A stretch of 63,887 nucleotides of DNA, filler included, from Vicugna vicugna (GCA_013265495.1; 79 parts of 74 records of this genome joined end to end with filler, not necessarily neighbours in it); one strand, 5' to 3'. Counted from the first letter of the whole stretch, positions 1-12,325 are shown. Numbers and translations are program-made. Notes: generated from the sequence alone by a model not told the origin.

Positions 1-636
1 GGGACTGGTGTTGATTGAGTAGCAGCTCTAAGTACAGATCATGAAAACACATGACACGACTGGATCAGACAGAGAGCCACCTAGCTCAGCAGTCACAAAG
101 GCAACAGGGATTTGAAGGACTTATCTCAATAATCAAACAGAAAACACTGTAGTTTCCGTTCATTAAACATCATTTGATATTGGTACAACAAGTTCTTAAA
201 AGATGCTTGAAGTAGTTATACTAGAAATAGTTAAATTTCTAGAATCTTTAAACTTTAAATTCTTGTTAGTCCAATATGAGATCATATCAATTTATGTTTC
301 TAGGAATTCATGACAGATATCTTAAATTCATCAGATAAATAACTACATGCATATAAAATGTCAAATGAAAATGTACATTAGAAGTATATTTATATTTACA
401 TTGAGATAAAATATTCTTATCCCACAATATTAGACTTGTGTGTGTGTGTATTTTAAGTAATTAACTTTGAGTCCATTTTTAAAACTGGAAAACTTTCATT
501 AAACAAACATTTTTGTATTTTTATATTACATGAAATACTAAATATTATGTTAAAAATTTTGTGATAGAACAGAATCTAGACATGGAAAGCGTATTTCCTT
601 CATATTTAAAAATTCTGGTCTATTTTAGCAGTCTTA

Positions 637-736
637 NNNNNNNNNNNNNNNNNNNNNNNNNNNNNNNNNNNNNNNNNNNNTTAATTAATTAANNNNNNNN
701 NNNNNNNNNNNNNNNNNNNNNNNNNNNNNNNNNNNN
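637..736. other. Artificial scaffold-joining linker N44-TTAATTAATTAA-N44 (first of about 78 copies; the last has its core at 63362-63373)
   Basis: Identical palindromic 12-mer flanked by 44 N on each side, 100 bp in total. It puts TAA stops in all six frames and separates unrelated sequence classes. Confidence 0.98.
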
Positions 737-810
737 TAATATAATATAATATAATATAATATAATATAATATAATAATATAATAATATAATATTATAATA
801 TAATAATATA
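737..810 (+). repeat. (TAATA)n pentanucleotide microsatellite
   Basis: About 15 near-perfect TAATA units read directly, abutting an L1 fragment. Confidence 0.95.
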
Positions 811-1520
811 CTGGCAAGTGTGAACAATCTTGACTTCTTCCTGCTCTTACAGCAGATGCTTTCAGCTTTTAATCAGTGAGTGTCATGTTAGCTGAGTTCT
901 TGTCATATGCGACCTTAAATGTGTTGAGGTATGTTTCCTCATACCCATTTTGAGGAGAAATATAATCATAAATAGATACTGAGTTTGTCAAAACATTTTA
1001 TGACACTTTTGAGGTTACCATATGATTTTTATTTTTCAATTTGTTAGTTTGGTGTATCATATTGATTAATTTCTGGGTGATGAATCACATTTGCATACCT
1101 GGGATAAAAGGGACTTAATCATACTGTATAAAATCCTTTTAATGTTTTTTTTGCTTTGCTAATATTTATTGATGATTTTTGCATGTATGTTTATCAGTAG
1201 TATTTAAACTGTAATTTTATGAAATAATTGTTCCTGTTTTAGTAATAGTGTTATACAGAAAGGTGGGGTAGGAAGTCTTCTTTCCTTTGCAAATTTTTGG
1301 AATTCTCTGAGAAGTATAGGTGATAGCTCTCGTCTGTATGTTTGGCAGAAATCACCTGTGAAATTGTCAAGGTTTGGAATTTTGTTTCTTGGGAGATTTT
1401 GTTTAATTACTTATTTAATTTCATTAGTGCTAATCAGTTAATATTTTCTATTTCTCATTCCATTCTGGAGATTACGTCTTTCTAGGAAATTGTCCATTTC
1501 TTCCAGGGATTCCATTTTAA
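811..1520 (-). mobile_element. Decayed LINE-1 ORF2 (RT region) fragment
   Basis: Antisense L1-typical text such as gctttcagctttt, tgtgttgaggtatgtt, ggtgtatcatattgatt, ttgcatacctgggataaa and tctaggaaattgtccatttcttcc. No open frame. Confidence 0.85.
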
Positions 1521-1620
1521 NNNNNNNNNNNNNNNNNNNNNNNNNNNNNNNNNNNNNNNNNNNNTTAATTAATTAANNNNNNNNNNNNNNNNNNNNNNNN
1601 NNNNNNNNNNNNNNNNNNNN

Positions 1621-2100
1621 CACAGGTGTTCACCTTTAGGGAGAATTGACCTAAATACTTCCACATTCCATCGGGGGCACTCGCTTCTATATGGTCCCAA
1701 AGCCCAACCCCCAGCTTTCCCTCAGAGCCAGGCCTAGGGAAACACTCAGGGATTACAAGCTATCGGATATTATTAGAACCCAGGCGGTGCTGTCGCTTGA
1801 AATTGCCGGCCCAAACTNNNNNNNNNNNNNNNNNNNNNNNNNNNNNNNNNNNNNNNNNNNNNNNNNNNNNNNNNNNNNNNNNNNNNNNNNNNNNNNNNAG
1901 GTAGATGATTTAAAAACGTTCACTTCTCATAGAGAGGCACTAGCTATTACTTGGCTTTAGAGCCCATCCCCCACCATCGCTCACTGCTATGCCTATGAAA
2001 TCACTTAGGGATTTCAAGTTAAGGGATTCTATTAGAACCCAGGGGCTGCTGTCATTTTGGGGAGCCTCCCTACTCTCAGAATACCAGAACACTTCTTCGT
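1621..2100 (+). repeat. Satellite B (diverged ~260-bp relative of the 267-bp satellite)
   Basis: The motif ttagaacccagg.g.tgctgtc occurs twice about 260 bp apart (across a gap). Aligns by eye with 35271-35460. Confidence 0.85.
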
Positions 2101-2384
2101 NNNNNNNNNNNNNNNNNNNNNNNNNNNNNNNNNNNNNNNNNNNNTTAATTAATTAANNNNNNNNNNNNNNNNNNNNNNNNNNNNNNNNNNNNNNNNNNNN
2201 AAAAATATTTATTGACATGGAAGAAAAGGAATTTGAGTAGTAAAGTTGAAATTGAAAAAAAAATCCTGGAATGCGGATAATATGATTTCTTAATTAAAGG
2301 GTGATCCAAATAGTATATATGCAGATTTACAGATAATGACTACTCCTAATATTAATAATAATAAAACATCAACACCAGAAGTTT

Positions 2385-2590
2385 ACTGTTTAATTCCTCT
2401 GTTTTAAATCACTTTACATCTATTAGTTACTTTAATTTTCACCTAACTCTATGGGTTAAATAATATTGCCTCCTTTTTACAGATAAAATTTAAAGCATAG
2501 AAGGTTTTAATAGACTGTTCAAGACGACAGAGCTAGGAAGTGGTGCAGCTGAGATTTGAATTCAGGCATTCCTGGCTACAGAGCCTATAA
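2385..2590 (-). mobile_element. MIR SINE
   Basis: tttttacagataaa...gagctaggaagtggtgcagctgagatttgaattcaggc matches the antisense MIR core. Confidence 0.8.
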
Positions 2591-3201
2591 CTGAAATGAT
2601 TATTCCATACTACCATGAATGCATCTTATTCAAATACTTCTAGAATTAATTAATGGTATGGAAACACAAAACAGGGCAATATGTGCACAATAATAGAGAT
2701 CTGAATTTTAAGTGACTGAGTATATATGCTAGGATCCAGACCCTTTTAAAATTGAACCATACAGTTTCTTTTGTTCTAAAGACTTAGATGAATACATAAA
2801 ATGGGTGAAATCATGTATGCATGTTCAAAGGGCTTCTCTTTATCTGTTTTTGATAGCTGACAGAATAGTGAAAATCGTGCTTAAAATCATGCTTAAGTCT
2901 CTATGTAATGACTTAATCAAGTGAGATATCCCTTTACTGTGGTAATTATTATTATGGTACCTTGGAACTTACATAATTGGATTTTTTTTGGCTAATTTAT
3001 TAGCAGTCAGATAAAGTTCTCTATTGCTATGAATGGTAACACACTATGCTATTATGTTACAACTGAAAAGTAATTATCTTTATTGGACAATATCAAATAT
3101 ANNNNNNNNNNNNNNNNNNNNNNNNNNNNNNNNNNNNNNNNNNNNTTAATTAATTAANNNNNNNNNNNNNNNNNNNNNNNNNNNNNNNNNNNNNNNNNNN
3201 N

Positions 3202-3420
3202 AAGTTATAATTTACATACACTAAAAATCACAACATTTAGAAACACATTGTGAGTATTTATAAATGCACATAGAGATCTAAGCGTCCCGCCACCGCAGCA
3301 GCCAGCAGCTCAGTCATTCCCATAGCTGCCCCAGGTGCTTTTGGGGGTGGCCCTTCCTCCAGCTCCACCTCTGGGACTGCTGGTCTGATGTCTGTCCCTC
3401 CAGTTGGGTCTTCAGTGTGT
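3202..3420 (-). mobile_element. Old L1 (L1M-type) 3' end fragment
   Basis: aagttataatttacataca...aaatcac...tgagtatttataaatgcac...ctggtctgatgtctgtccct resembles the antisense 3' UTR of old L1M families. Confidence 0.5.
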
Positions 3421-4035
3421 CTGTGTGTGTGTGAGGGTTATCACCCTGACATAAAATCTTCCTCCTCCACTGTTACATTTAAGGTTGAAGTAAAATTATG
3501 GTTGCATGTCTCTCAGACCTGGTTCTGGTAGAATTTGCCTATATCTCTTGCCCGGTTCCCGGGACCTCATTCTCTCCAGCACCCCTTTCCTGCCAAGTCA
3601 CTGTCATTCTGAAATCTTTCTCAACACATAGGACTGTCCCTGGCCCAGAGCTGACTTGGGACACCAGGGTAGAGCNNNNNNNNNNNNNNNNNNNNNNNNN
3701 NNNNNNNNNNNNNNNNNNNTTAATTAATTAANNNNNNNNNNNNNNNNNNNNNNNNNNNNNNNNNNNNNNNNNNNNGCCTCAAGTTAGGGCTTTCTGGATT
3801 TAATTTGTGCGGGAGCCAATGAGGAGAATAAAAGACAGAATGTGCTAAGAATTTTAACAAAAGAGAGCAGGTTTTGAAACAAGTCTTCTCTCCAATAAAC
3901 TTTAAGGGTTTTGAGGAAAAGGACTCATGTATTAAATGGACTCAATGTATTATAATTCATTCATTCATGTGTTAACTTTTTGCATACTTCCAAGTCTGCA
4001 TTTATGGTTTTCTTGTTAAGAAAGAAATTTTTTTT

Positions 4036-4357
4036 TGTATCAGTGAGGGTCTTACCAGGAGACAGAAACCCCAGCAATTATATCGACAGAGAAAATTTAA
4101 GTGAAAAGAATTGCTATTTGAATGGCTGAAGCACTGAAAAGACCAAGAGGAAAACTTGAGTATGAAAGAAGTAGCAACTTTAGGAAGCAGCTACAGCATG
4201 TAGGGCTGGGGCAAAAAAAAGGGGGAAAAGAGTTGAGATTATTAAAACTTAAAAAATTTGAAGAGCCTGAAAAGCTAACACACCTACCTCAGAGAAATTG
4301 CAGCTCTTCAGGGAAGTTCAGGGGCCCTCCCCTCCTCACCTACCACATGATCTTGAG
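4036..4357. mobile_element. Ancient ERVL/MaLR-type LTR fragment
   Basis: Begins TGTATCAGTGAGGGTCTTACCAGGAGACAGAAACC, a terminus style typical of MLT/ERVL LTRs. Subfamily not determined. Confidence 0.45.
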
Positions 4358-4457
4358 NNNNNNNNNNNNNNNNNNNNNNNNNNNNNNNNNNNNNNNNNNN
4401 NTTAATTAATTAANNNNNNNNNNNNNNNNNNNNNNNNNNNNNNNNNNNNNNNNNNNN

Positions 4458-5667
4458 TTTTAAATTTGTGAAAGTTGAAAGAGATCTCATTATAAACAGC
4501 TGATTTATTGGTACCTATTGAAATCAAGTTTAAATGTAGAAAAATATATCTAATGATTAACCTACGAACTTAGTTAAAAAAGTAAAACTGGTTTGAAAAG
4601 CTACATTTGTGTTTTTCCTTTCCGATAAATGGTTCTAGAGATGCTAATAAAAACTTAGAATAATTAATGTTAATTAGTTTGAATAACTGGAAAAAGAATC
4701 GTAAAAATGTTGAAAAAAGAAAAGATCAGGGCTTATCCCAAATGCATAAATATTTTTATATGTTTATTTTGAATGAGGTAAATAAATTGGATATTTTTGG
4801 ATNNNNNNNNNNNNNNNNNNNNNNNNNNNNNNNNNNNNNNNNNNNNNNNNNNNNNNNNNNNNNNNNNNNNNNNNNNNNNNNNNNNNNNNNNNNNNNNNNN
4901 NNNNNNNNNNNNNNNNNNNNNNNNNNNNNNNNNNNNNNNNNNNNNNNNNNNNNNNNNNNNNNNNNNNNNNNNNNNNNNNNNNNNNNNNNNNNNNNNNNNN
5001 NNNNNNNNNNNNNNNNNNNNNNNNNNNNNNNNNNNNNNNNNNNNNNNNNNNNNNNNNNNNNNNNNNNNNNNNAAAAAAAAAAAAAAAGGCTTCTGGCACT
5101 CCTTCTAGAAATAATTATTGATTAAACCAAATAAATATAAAAATTAAAGGTATAAGATTTAATAAAATTGAGATAAAAGTTAGTAAAATTGGTATATTTA
5201 AATGGTCTTTATATAAACTTTTGCTTAATTATGTTGTGGGATAGATATGTTTCAATGGAAAAACGCTTCCCCTTCTTGGTATAATAAGGCTGGGCAAATA
5301 TCTGTCCCTCAGAAAATATTAATTGAACAAAGTAAAGGAAACCAGTAGAGTTACATGAGCCGTCCAATATAACGTAAAACTGAAAACTAATATTCAGTGG
5401 CTAATAAAAGAATACAGGTTACCCTGGGTTTAACTTACAACTCAAGGAAATGAGACCTTACTAAATGCCTAATGCAAGCTTTGGAAGACATGATAAAGTA
5501 AACCTTAAAGTTTTAAAACATGGAATTCTTTGTTTACAGCTCTTCTCTTTGATAAAAACATGCCAATTAAGGACATAAAATTGGGTCTGCGTGACAGAGC
5601 AGTTTTCTGGGGACCTGGAAGAGTGTGTCTTTGTCTTGCCGATCAGAAATGTAAATACAGCAAACAG
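4458..5667. mobile_element. Probable class I ERV internal non-coding sequence
   Basis: AT-rich composition and style resembling MER4-group ERV internal regions. No diagnostic protein motif seen. Confidence 0.3.
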
Positions 5668-5767
5668 NNNNNNNNNNNNNNNNNNNNNNNNNNNNNNNNN
5701 NNNNNNNNNNNTTAATTAATTAANNNNNNNNNNNNNNNNNNNNNNNNNNNNNNNNNNNNNNNNNNNN

Positions 5768-7049
5768 ATTCTATATTCAAAATTCTATGTTCCGCATTCC
5801 ATGTTCTAAATTCTGTGTTGCATATTCTCATTATATATTCTATAATTTGTATTCTTCATTCTATAGTCTACATCCTATATTCTGCATTCTTTATTCTTGA
5901 TTCTATATTCTGTGTTCTACATTCTATTTTCTAAATTCGATATTCTATATTTTTTAATTTCGTATTCTTTATTCTATATTCTGTGTTCTACATTCTATAT
6001 TCTTAATTCTATATTCAGTATTTTTTAATTGTTTATTAAGTATTCTTTATACTATATTCTAATTTCTGTGTTCTGCTTTCCATGTTCTAAATTCTGGTTT
6101 CTATATTCTGTTTTCCATATTTTATATTCTGTGTTCTAAATTCTATATTCTGTATTCTATATTCTGCATGCCGTATTCTACATTATATATTCTGTGTTCT
6201 ACTTTCTATATTCTAAATTCTATATTCAGTATTCTGTATTCTATATTCTAAATTCTGTGTTTTCAATTCCATGTTCTATATACTCTATTGTATATCCTAT
6301 ATTCTGTGATCTAATTTCTATATTCAAAATTCTATATTCAGTATTCTGTATTCTATATTCTAAATTCTGTGTTCTTCATTCCATGTTCTCCATTCTATAT
6401 TCAGTATTCTGTATTCCATATTCTAAATTCTGTGTTCTGCATTCTATGTTCTAAATTCTAATATCAGTATACTATATTATATATTCTAATTACTGTGTTT
6501 TGCATTCCATGTTCTATATTCTGGGTTCTATAATCTATATTCTATATTCTATATCTGTGTTCTANNNNNNNNNNNNNNNNNNNNNNNNNNNNNNNNNNNN
6601 NNNNNNNNNNNNNNNNNNNNNNNNNNNNNNNNNNNNNNNNNNNNNNNNNNNNNNNNNNNNNNNNNNNNNNNNNNNNNNNNNNNNNNNNNNNNNNNNNNNN
6701 NNNNNNNNNNNNNNNNNNNNNNNNNNNNNNNNNNNNNNNNNNNNNNNNNNNNNNNNNNNNNNNNNNNNNNNNNNNNNNNNNNNNNNNNNNNNNNNNNNNN
6801 NNNNNNNNNNNNNNNNNNNNNNNNNNNNNNNNNNNNNNNNNNNNNNNNNNNNNNNNNNNNNNNNNNNNNNNNNNNNNNNNNNNNNNNNNNNNNNNNNNNN
6901 NNNNNNNNNNNNNNNNNNNNNNNNNNNNNNNNNNNNNNNNNNNNNNNNNNNNNNNNNNNNNNNNNNNNNNNNNNNNNNNGTATTTTATATTCTATTTTCT
7001 GAGTTCTACATTCAATATTTTAATTGTTTATTAAGTATTCTGTATTCTA
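5768..7049 (+). repeat. Satellite E: TTCnnnn heptamer satellite (TTCTATA/TTCTAAA/TTCTGTG/TTCTGCA/TTCCATG/TTCAGTA)
   Basis: 7-bp periodic TTC. The cattc(c/t)atg landmark lies at 6377, 6440 and 6503, a 63-bp spacing. Confidence 0.95.
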
Positions 7050-7149
7050 NNNNNNNNNNNNNNNNNNNNNNNNNNNNNNNNNNNNNNNNNNNNTTAATTA
7101 ATTAANNNNNNNNNNNNNNNNNNNNNNNNNNNNNNNNNNNNNNNNNNNN

Positions 7150-7664
7150 AAACATCTCTCAACATACTAAAGGCCATTTATAACCATTTATAATTCTCAG
7201 GGAAAAGGCTGAAAGCCTTATGGGTAAATTCAGGAACAAAACAAGGATTCCTACTCTCACCACATCTGTTCAATAATAATAGAAGAAAGGAAAAAAAAAG
7301 AAATAAAAGAAATGCAAAATGGAAAGAAAGAGGTAAAATTGTTACTAGTACTAATGGCATAACAATCTACATAGAGAGTCCTAAGGGCTCCACACTGACT
7401 ATTAAAAATAATTTCATCAAGGGAGCAGGGTTCAAGATTAATGTGAAGAAGTCTCTTGCATTTCTACACATTAATGATGAGATACCATAAAATGGACATT
7501 GAAAGCAATAATATTTAAAACCCCATACCCCCGAATATCTTGGAATAAATGTAACCACATATGTGAAAGATCTAAACACTGAAAATAATAAAACATTGAC
7601 AAAGAAATTAAAAATGATCCAAACAAATGGAAAGATGTGGTCTTGGATTGAAAGAGTTCATATT
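7150..7664 (+). mobile_element. Decayed LINE-1 ORF2 (RT) fragment
   Basis: ctcaacatactaaaggcc, gctgaaagcc, tcaggaacaaaacaagga...actctcacca and aaacaaatggaaaga are L1 ORF2 landmarks. Internal deletions present. Confidence 0.85.
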
Positions 7665-8349
7665 NNNNNNNNNNNNNNNNNNNNNNNNNNNNNNNNNNNN
7701 NNNNNNNNTTAATTAATTAANNNNNNNNNNNNNNNNNNNNNNNNNNNNNNNNNNNNNNNNNNNNTTGAGAGACATTTCATGACGAATTTTGTCCCACGGT
7801 GCTAGGATGTCTCATTCCTACTACAGGTGAAGAATTTTCTGTGCTGCCATTCAAGGTGTTAGGTTTTTTATCAGGCCCTGTTGATACTAAAAGTTCTCTG
7901 GATCGCCTGTCTTACTAGTCTCTTCTGATCCAGGAAATGTTTACCCTTCGTTGCTAATTCCCATACCCAGAATCACACTATTACTGTTATTTTATGCAGG
8001 GTTATAAATTTTATCTATTTCTTCAAGATGTTTAGCCATCATCAATCTTGTAGGCCTTGTTACACATTGGGAAATGTAAGAGACAACAATTTTATAAAAT
8101 AGACAGTATAAAAGTAATACAGCTAAGTAATACAGAATGTTAATGAAGTCATGAGTAAGAATTTAATAGTCTAGAAGCTATATTTTGGGGTTAAAATTTT
8201 GCTTGTATTTCTGATTGAGTTTGAGTGCTCTTNNNNNNNNNNNNNNNNNNNNNNNNNNNNNNNNNNNNNNNNNNNNTTAATTAATTAANNNNNNNNNNNN
8301 NNNNNNNNNNNNNNNNNNNNNNNNNNNNNNNNGAGGACACTGAAAACAC

Positions 8350-8580
8350 AGAACAGTACATCCTAAAATTCATATGAAATCTTAAGATACACAGAATAGC
8401 CGCCCAAACAATCTTGTAAAAGGAAAACTTACTCTTTCTGATTCAAGGCTCACTACAAAACTACAGTACCAAAAACTGTGTAGCATTGGCATGAAGACAA
8501 ACATACAGGAACAAAACTAAGTAGTGATACCAGAAAAAAACAAAACCTTCACCTTTATGGTCAAATGATTTTTGACAAGT
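8350..8580 (+). mobile_element. Old LINE-1 ORF2 3' fragment
   Basis: tcctaaaattcatatg...cagaatagcc...aaacaatcttg...ctacaaaactacagtacc...atggtcaaatgatttttgacaag. Confidence 0.8.
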
Positions 8581-9819
8581 ATCTCCATTTTGTTTTAATC
8601 CAATGGAAGGACAATAAATAACCTGTCTCTCTACAAAACATATTCAGTCTTTTGTTTTCTTTTGTTTTTCAATCTCTTTGATTTTCAAAATTTCCCTTAA
8701 AAAAATTGCAATGTAGGCATCAACATTAAAGACATTATGCAGAGAAGGAAAGACCTAGCTGGGAAAAAAAAAACTCTGATGACGGTTATGCCATAAGGAG
8801 GAAAATCAGACTTTGGATCTGGGCTATGTCCTACCAGGAAGAGAAGATAAAGATTTCAACTTTTATTGACCTTCTTTACAGATTGCCACATAGCATATGT
8901 CAAGATCTATCCCAAAATGAAATTGTATATAATTCTGACCACTATCTCTTAATATTGATACCACCACTATAGATTACAAAAATGAGATTCAGAGATTTGA
9001 AGTGAATTTACCTTAAGATATATTTTTTTTGAGTTGGATTCCCAGACTGAGCTATCTTCCTGTCTGTCTATCTGACTATCTAAATGCATTCCCTGTCGGC
9101 CCTATCTTATCCCTCAAATAGTAAATACTTTGATGTAATAAANNNNNNNNNNNNNNNNNNNNNNNNNNNNNNNNNNNNNNNNNNNNTTAATTAATTAANN
9201 NNNNNNNNNNNNNNNNNNNNNNNNNNNNNNNNNNNNNNNNNNTGTTATCTGGGGAAGTAGCTGTTGTACATTGCCATGGTAAGTCCTGATAATAAAGTTA
9301 AAGTTTCACCAAAAACTATTTTCCAAATAGTTAATAAATGATAAAGAGTTCCTGATTTTTGTTTTAATGCTATGAAATGTAAGTCAAGTTTCTGCATATG
9401 CTAGTAAAATAAGACACTGTGGAGGAAAAGCAAAACAGAGATTGTAGAACAGAGACCCAAAGCATCCTCTTCTCCAAGGCACAGGAGGACAGCCGTGACT
9501 CTACGTGACAAGGCTGGAGTCACATGGGCTCCCTGTTTTCCTTGTCTTGGGTTGTGTTTTGTTCCCAGCCATGGGAAAAATGGATAAGGCTATTGGATAA
9601 GGCTGCTGGTCAAATTATTTCAGGAACAGCTTCCATCTTGTAGAACCCCTATCTCTTCCTTTCCTCTGCCTCTAGGAATGTTCTGACACAATTAATCAGT
9701 CCAGCCTTCTAAATTGAGCNNNNNNNNNNNNNNNNNNNNNNNNNNNNNNNNNNNNNNNNNNNNTTAATTAATTAANNNNNNNNNNNNNNNNNNNNNNNNN
9801 NNNNNNNNNNNNNNNNNNN

Positions 9820-10630
9820 CAAGTGTTCGTGTGTGTGCTGTAGGTGTGAAAACAGACTACACGGGTCTTTATGTGGGCACAGGTGTTCCCAGGTTAGGAT
9901 GTAGTTTAAATACCTCCACAAACCATAGAGAGGTCATCGCAAATACTTGGTTTCGGAGCCCAAACAACACTGTCCACCGCACCCCCGAATAGGGTTTCTT
10001 AAAGGAAAGACAAGCAAAGGGATTCAATTAGAACCCAGGCGCTGCTGTCAGTTGGAGGAACTTCCCTGCACTCAGAATTCCAGAACAGATTCAGTGGGAG
10101 AGATGTGCAGCCCCACTCCACCCAGATGAATGGAAGAAAAGGTGTTCCGTTTAGAGAGAAGTCCTCTAAGTACTTCCTCAATGTATCAGGGGGCCCTCAC
10201 TGCTACTTCGACTCCGCACAACCCCCAGCTTTCCCTCTTGGCCTGGCCTAAAGGAACCCTCAGGGAACAGAAGCTAAGGGATACTTATAGAACCCAGGTG
10301 CTGCTGTCAGTTTGAGGAACCTCCCCAAACTCATAATACCAGAACAATTCTTCGTGTGTGTGCTTGATGTAGCTAAACAGCCAAAGCATTATTCTGGGGG
10401 GACATTTTTTCCATGGTTGTGGGTTGTAGGTTAAAAACCCACATCCAATGGATAGGNNNNNNNNNNNNNNNNNNNNNNNNNNNNNNNNNNNNNNNNNNNN
10501 NNNNNNNNNNNNNNNNNNNNNNNNNNAGACAAGCTAAGGTATTCTATTAGAACCCAGGCGCTGCTGTCATTTGGAGGTGCCTCCTCACAATGAGGATACC
10601 TGAGCACGTCTCCGTGTGTGTGCTGGAGGT
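9820..10630 (+). repeat. Satellite B, about 3 diverged monomers
   Basis: tagaacccagg(c/t)gctgctgtca at 10029, 10288 and 10548 (259-260 bp spacing; the last interval spans a gap). Confidence 0.9.
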
Positions 10631-10730
10631 NNNNNNNNNNNNNNNNNNNNNNNNNNNNNNNNNNNNNNNNNNNNTTAATTAATTAANNNNNNNNNNNNNN
10701 NNNNNNNNNNNNNNNNNNNNNNNNNNNNNN

Positions 10731-11225
10731 TCTATATTCTAAATTCTGTGTTCTGCATTAAAAATTTTATATTCTATATTAAGTATCCTGTATTTTATAT
10801 TTTATATTCTGTGTTCTTCATTCTATATTCTAAATTCTGGATTCAGAATTCTTTATTCTAAATTCTAAATTCTGTGATCAGCATTCCATGTTCTAAATTC
10901 TGTGTTCTCTATTCTCTATTCTCTATTCTNNNNNNNNNNNNNNNNNNNNNNNNNNNNNNNNNNNNNNNNNNNNNNNNNNNNNNNNNNNNNNNNNNNNNNN
11001 NNNNNNNNNNNNNNNNNNNNNNNNNNNNNNNNNNNNNNNNNNNNNNNNNNNNNNNNNNNNNNNNNNNNNNNNNNNNNNNNNNNNNNNTGTTCTATATTGT
11101 ATTTTCAGTATTCTATATTCTATATTCTAAATTCTATGTTCTGCATTCCATTTTCTGAATTCTATATTTAGTCTTCTGAATTATACATTCTAAATTCTGT
11201 GTTTGCATTCCATGTTCTAAATTCT
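10731..11225 (+). repeat. Satellite E (heptamer)
   Basis: Same TTCnnnn units as 5768-7049. Confidence 0.95.
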
Positions 11226-11456
11226 NNNNNNNNNNNNNNNNNNNNNNNNNNNNNNNNNNNNNNNNNNNNTTAATTAATTAANNNNNNNNNNNNNNNNNNN
11301 NNNNNNNNNNNNNNNNNNNNNNNNNTCAATGAATACACATAGGAACCGGACACCCCCATGGGGATCAACAGGTGATAGGCTATTTTCACTGAGTTGATCT
11401 CAGTTTTAATCTCTCAAAGATTGTTTTATTCTCCAAGGTCACCCTAACCAAAATTG

Positions 11457-11722
11457 TTTTTTTAAATTTTATTTTATGATTTATAGTCAGTTTACAATGT
11501 TGTGTCAGTTTCCAGTGTAGAGCACAATTTTTCAGTTATACATGAACATATATATATATATATATTCATTGTCACATTTCTTTCGCTGTGAGCTACCACA
11601 AGATCTTGTATATATTTCCCTGTGCTATACAGTATAATCTTGGTTATCTATTCTACAAATGCCTGTCAGCATCTACAAATCTCGAACTCCCAGTCTGTCC
11701 CTTCCCACCCCACTCCCACTGG
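11457..11722 (-). mobile_element. 5'-truncated L1 insertion (3' UTR only) with target-site duplication
   Basis: Poly-T start followed by an artiodactyl-type L1 3' UTR (tttacaatgttgtgtc...ttccctgtgctatacagta). Flanked by CAAAATTG at 11449-11456 and 11723-11730. Confidence 0.88.
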
Positions 11723-12325
11723 CAAAATTGCTAATCCATTAAATCTATGTTACCCCTTAAAGTTTGGCTATTTCTTGTTTATTTTTTGATTCATTATTAA
11801 AGCTCCACAGGATTTTCTCACCTTACAGAAGGCCAGTTTCAGTGATGACAAGAGACCATAAAGTCTGTGGGCGGCCATTTTGGCCAGTCTTTAGAGAACA
11901 GTGGATTGCATCTCCTTTGCGGGGTCAGGATCCACCACCACTCGGCAGGTGTAACTGCTCAGGCAGTGCCCCTCATAACGGGATATGCTAGAGGGAAGCT
12001 TTTGGTAACCAGGAGGACTTGTGATTACCAAGTTCTGTGCACATTTTAAAATGTTTCCTTCAGTGCATACCTATGTTGGGTTAACAATTGTTTCAATAAT
12101 TAGGTGCTAGATTAGGTTTATTTAACCGTTAACACTCAGAGGGTTATCCATTCTGATATAAGCTATATGCAAGGAGATAGATTTCTTGTTACCCATCTGA
12201 ACAGTATTGTCTCTATTAGTAGACTNNNNNNNNNNNNNNNNNNNNNNNNNNNNNNNNNNNNNNNNNNNNTTAATTAATTAANNNNNNNNNNNNNNNNNNN
12301 NNNNNNNNNNNNNNNNNNNNNNNNN

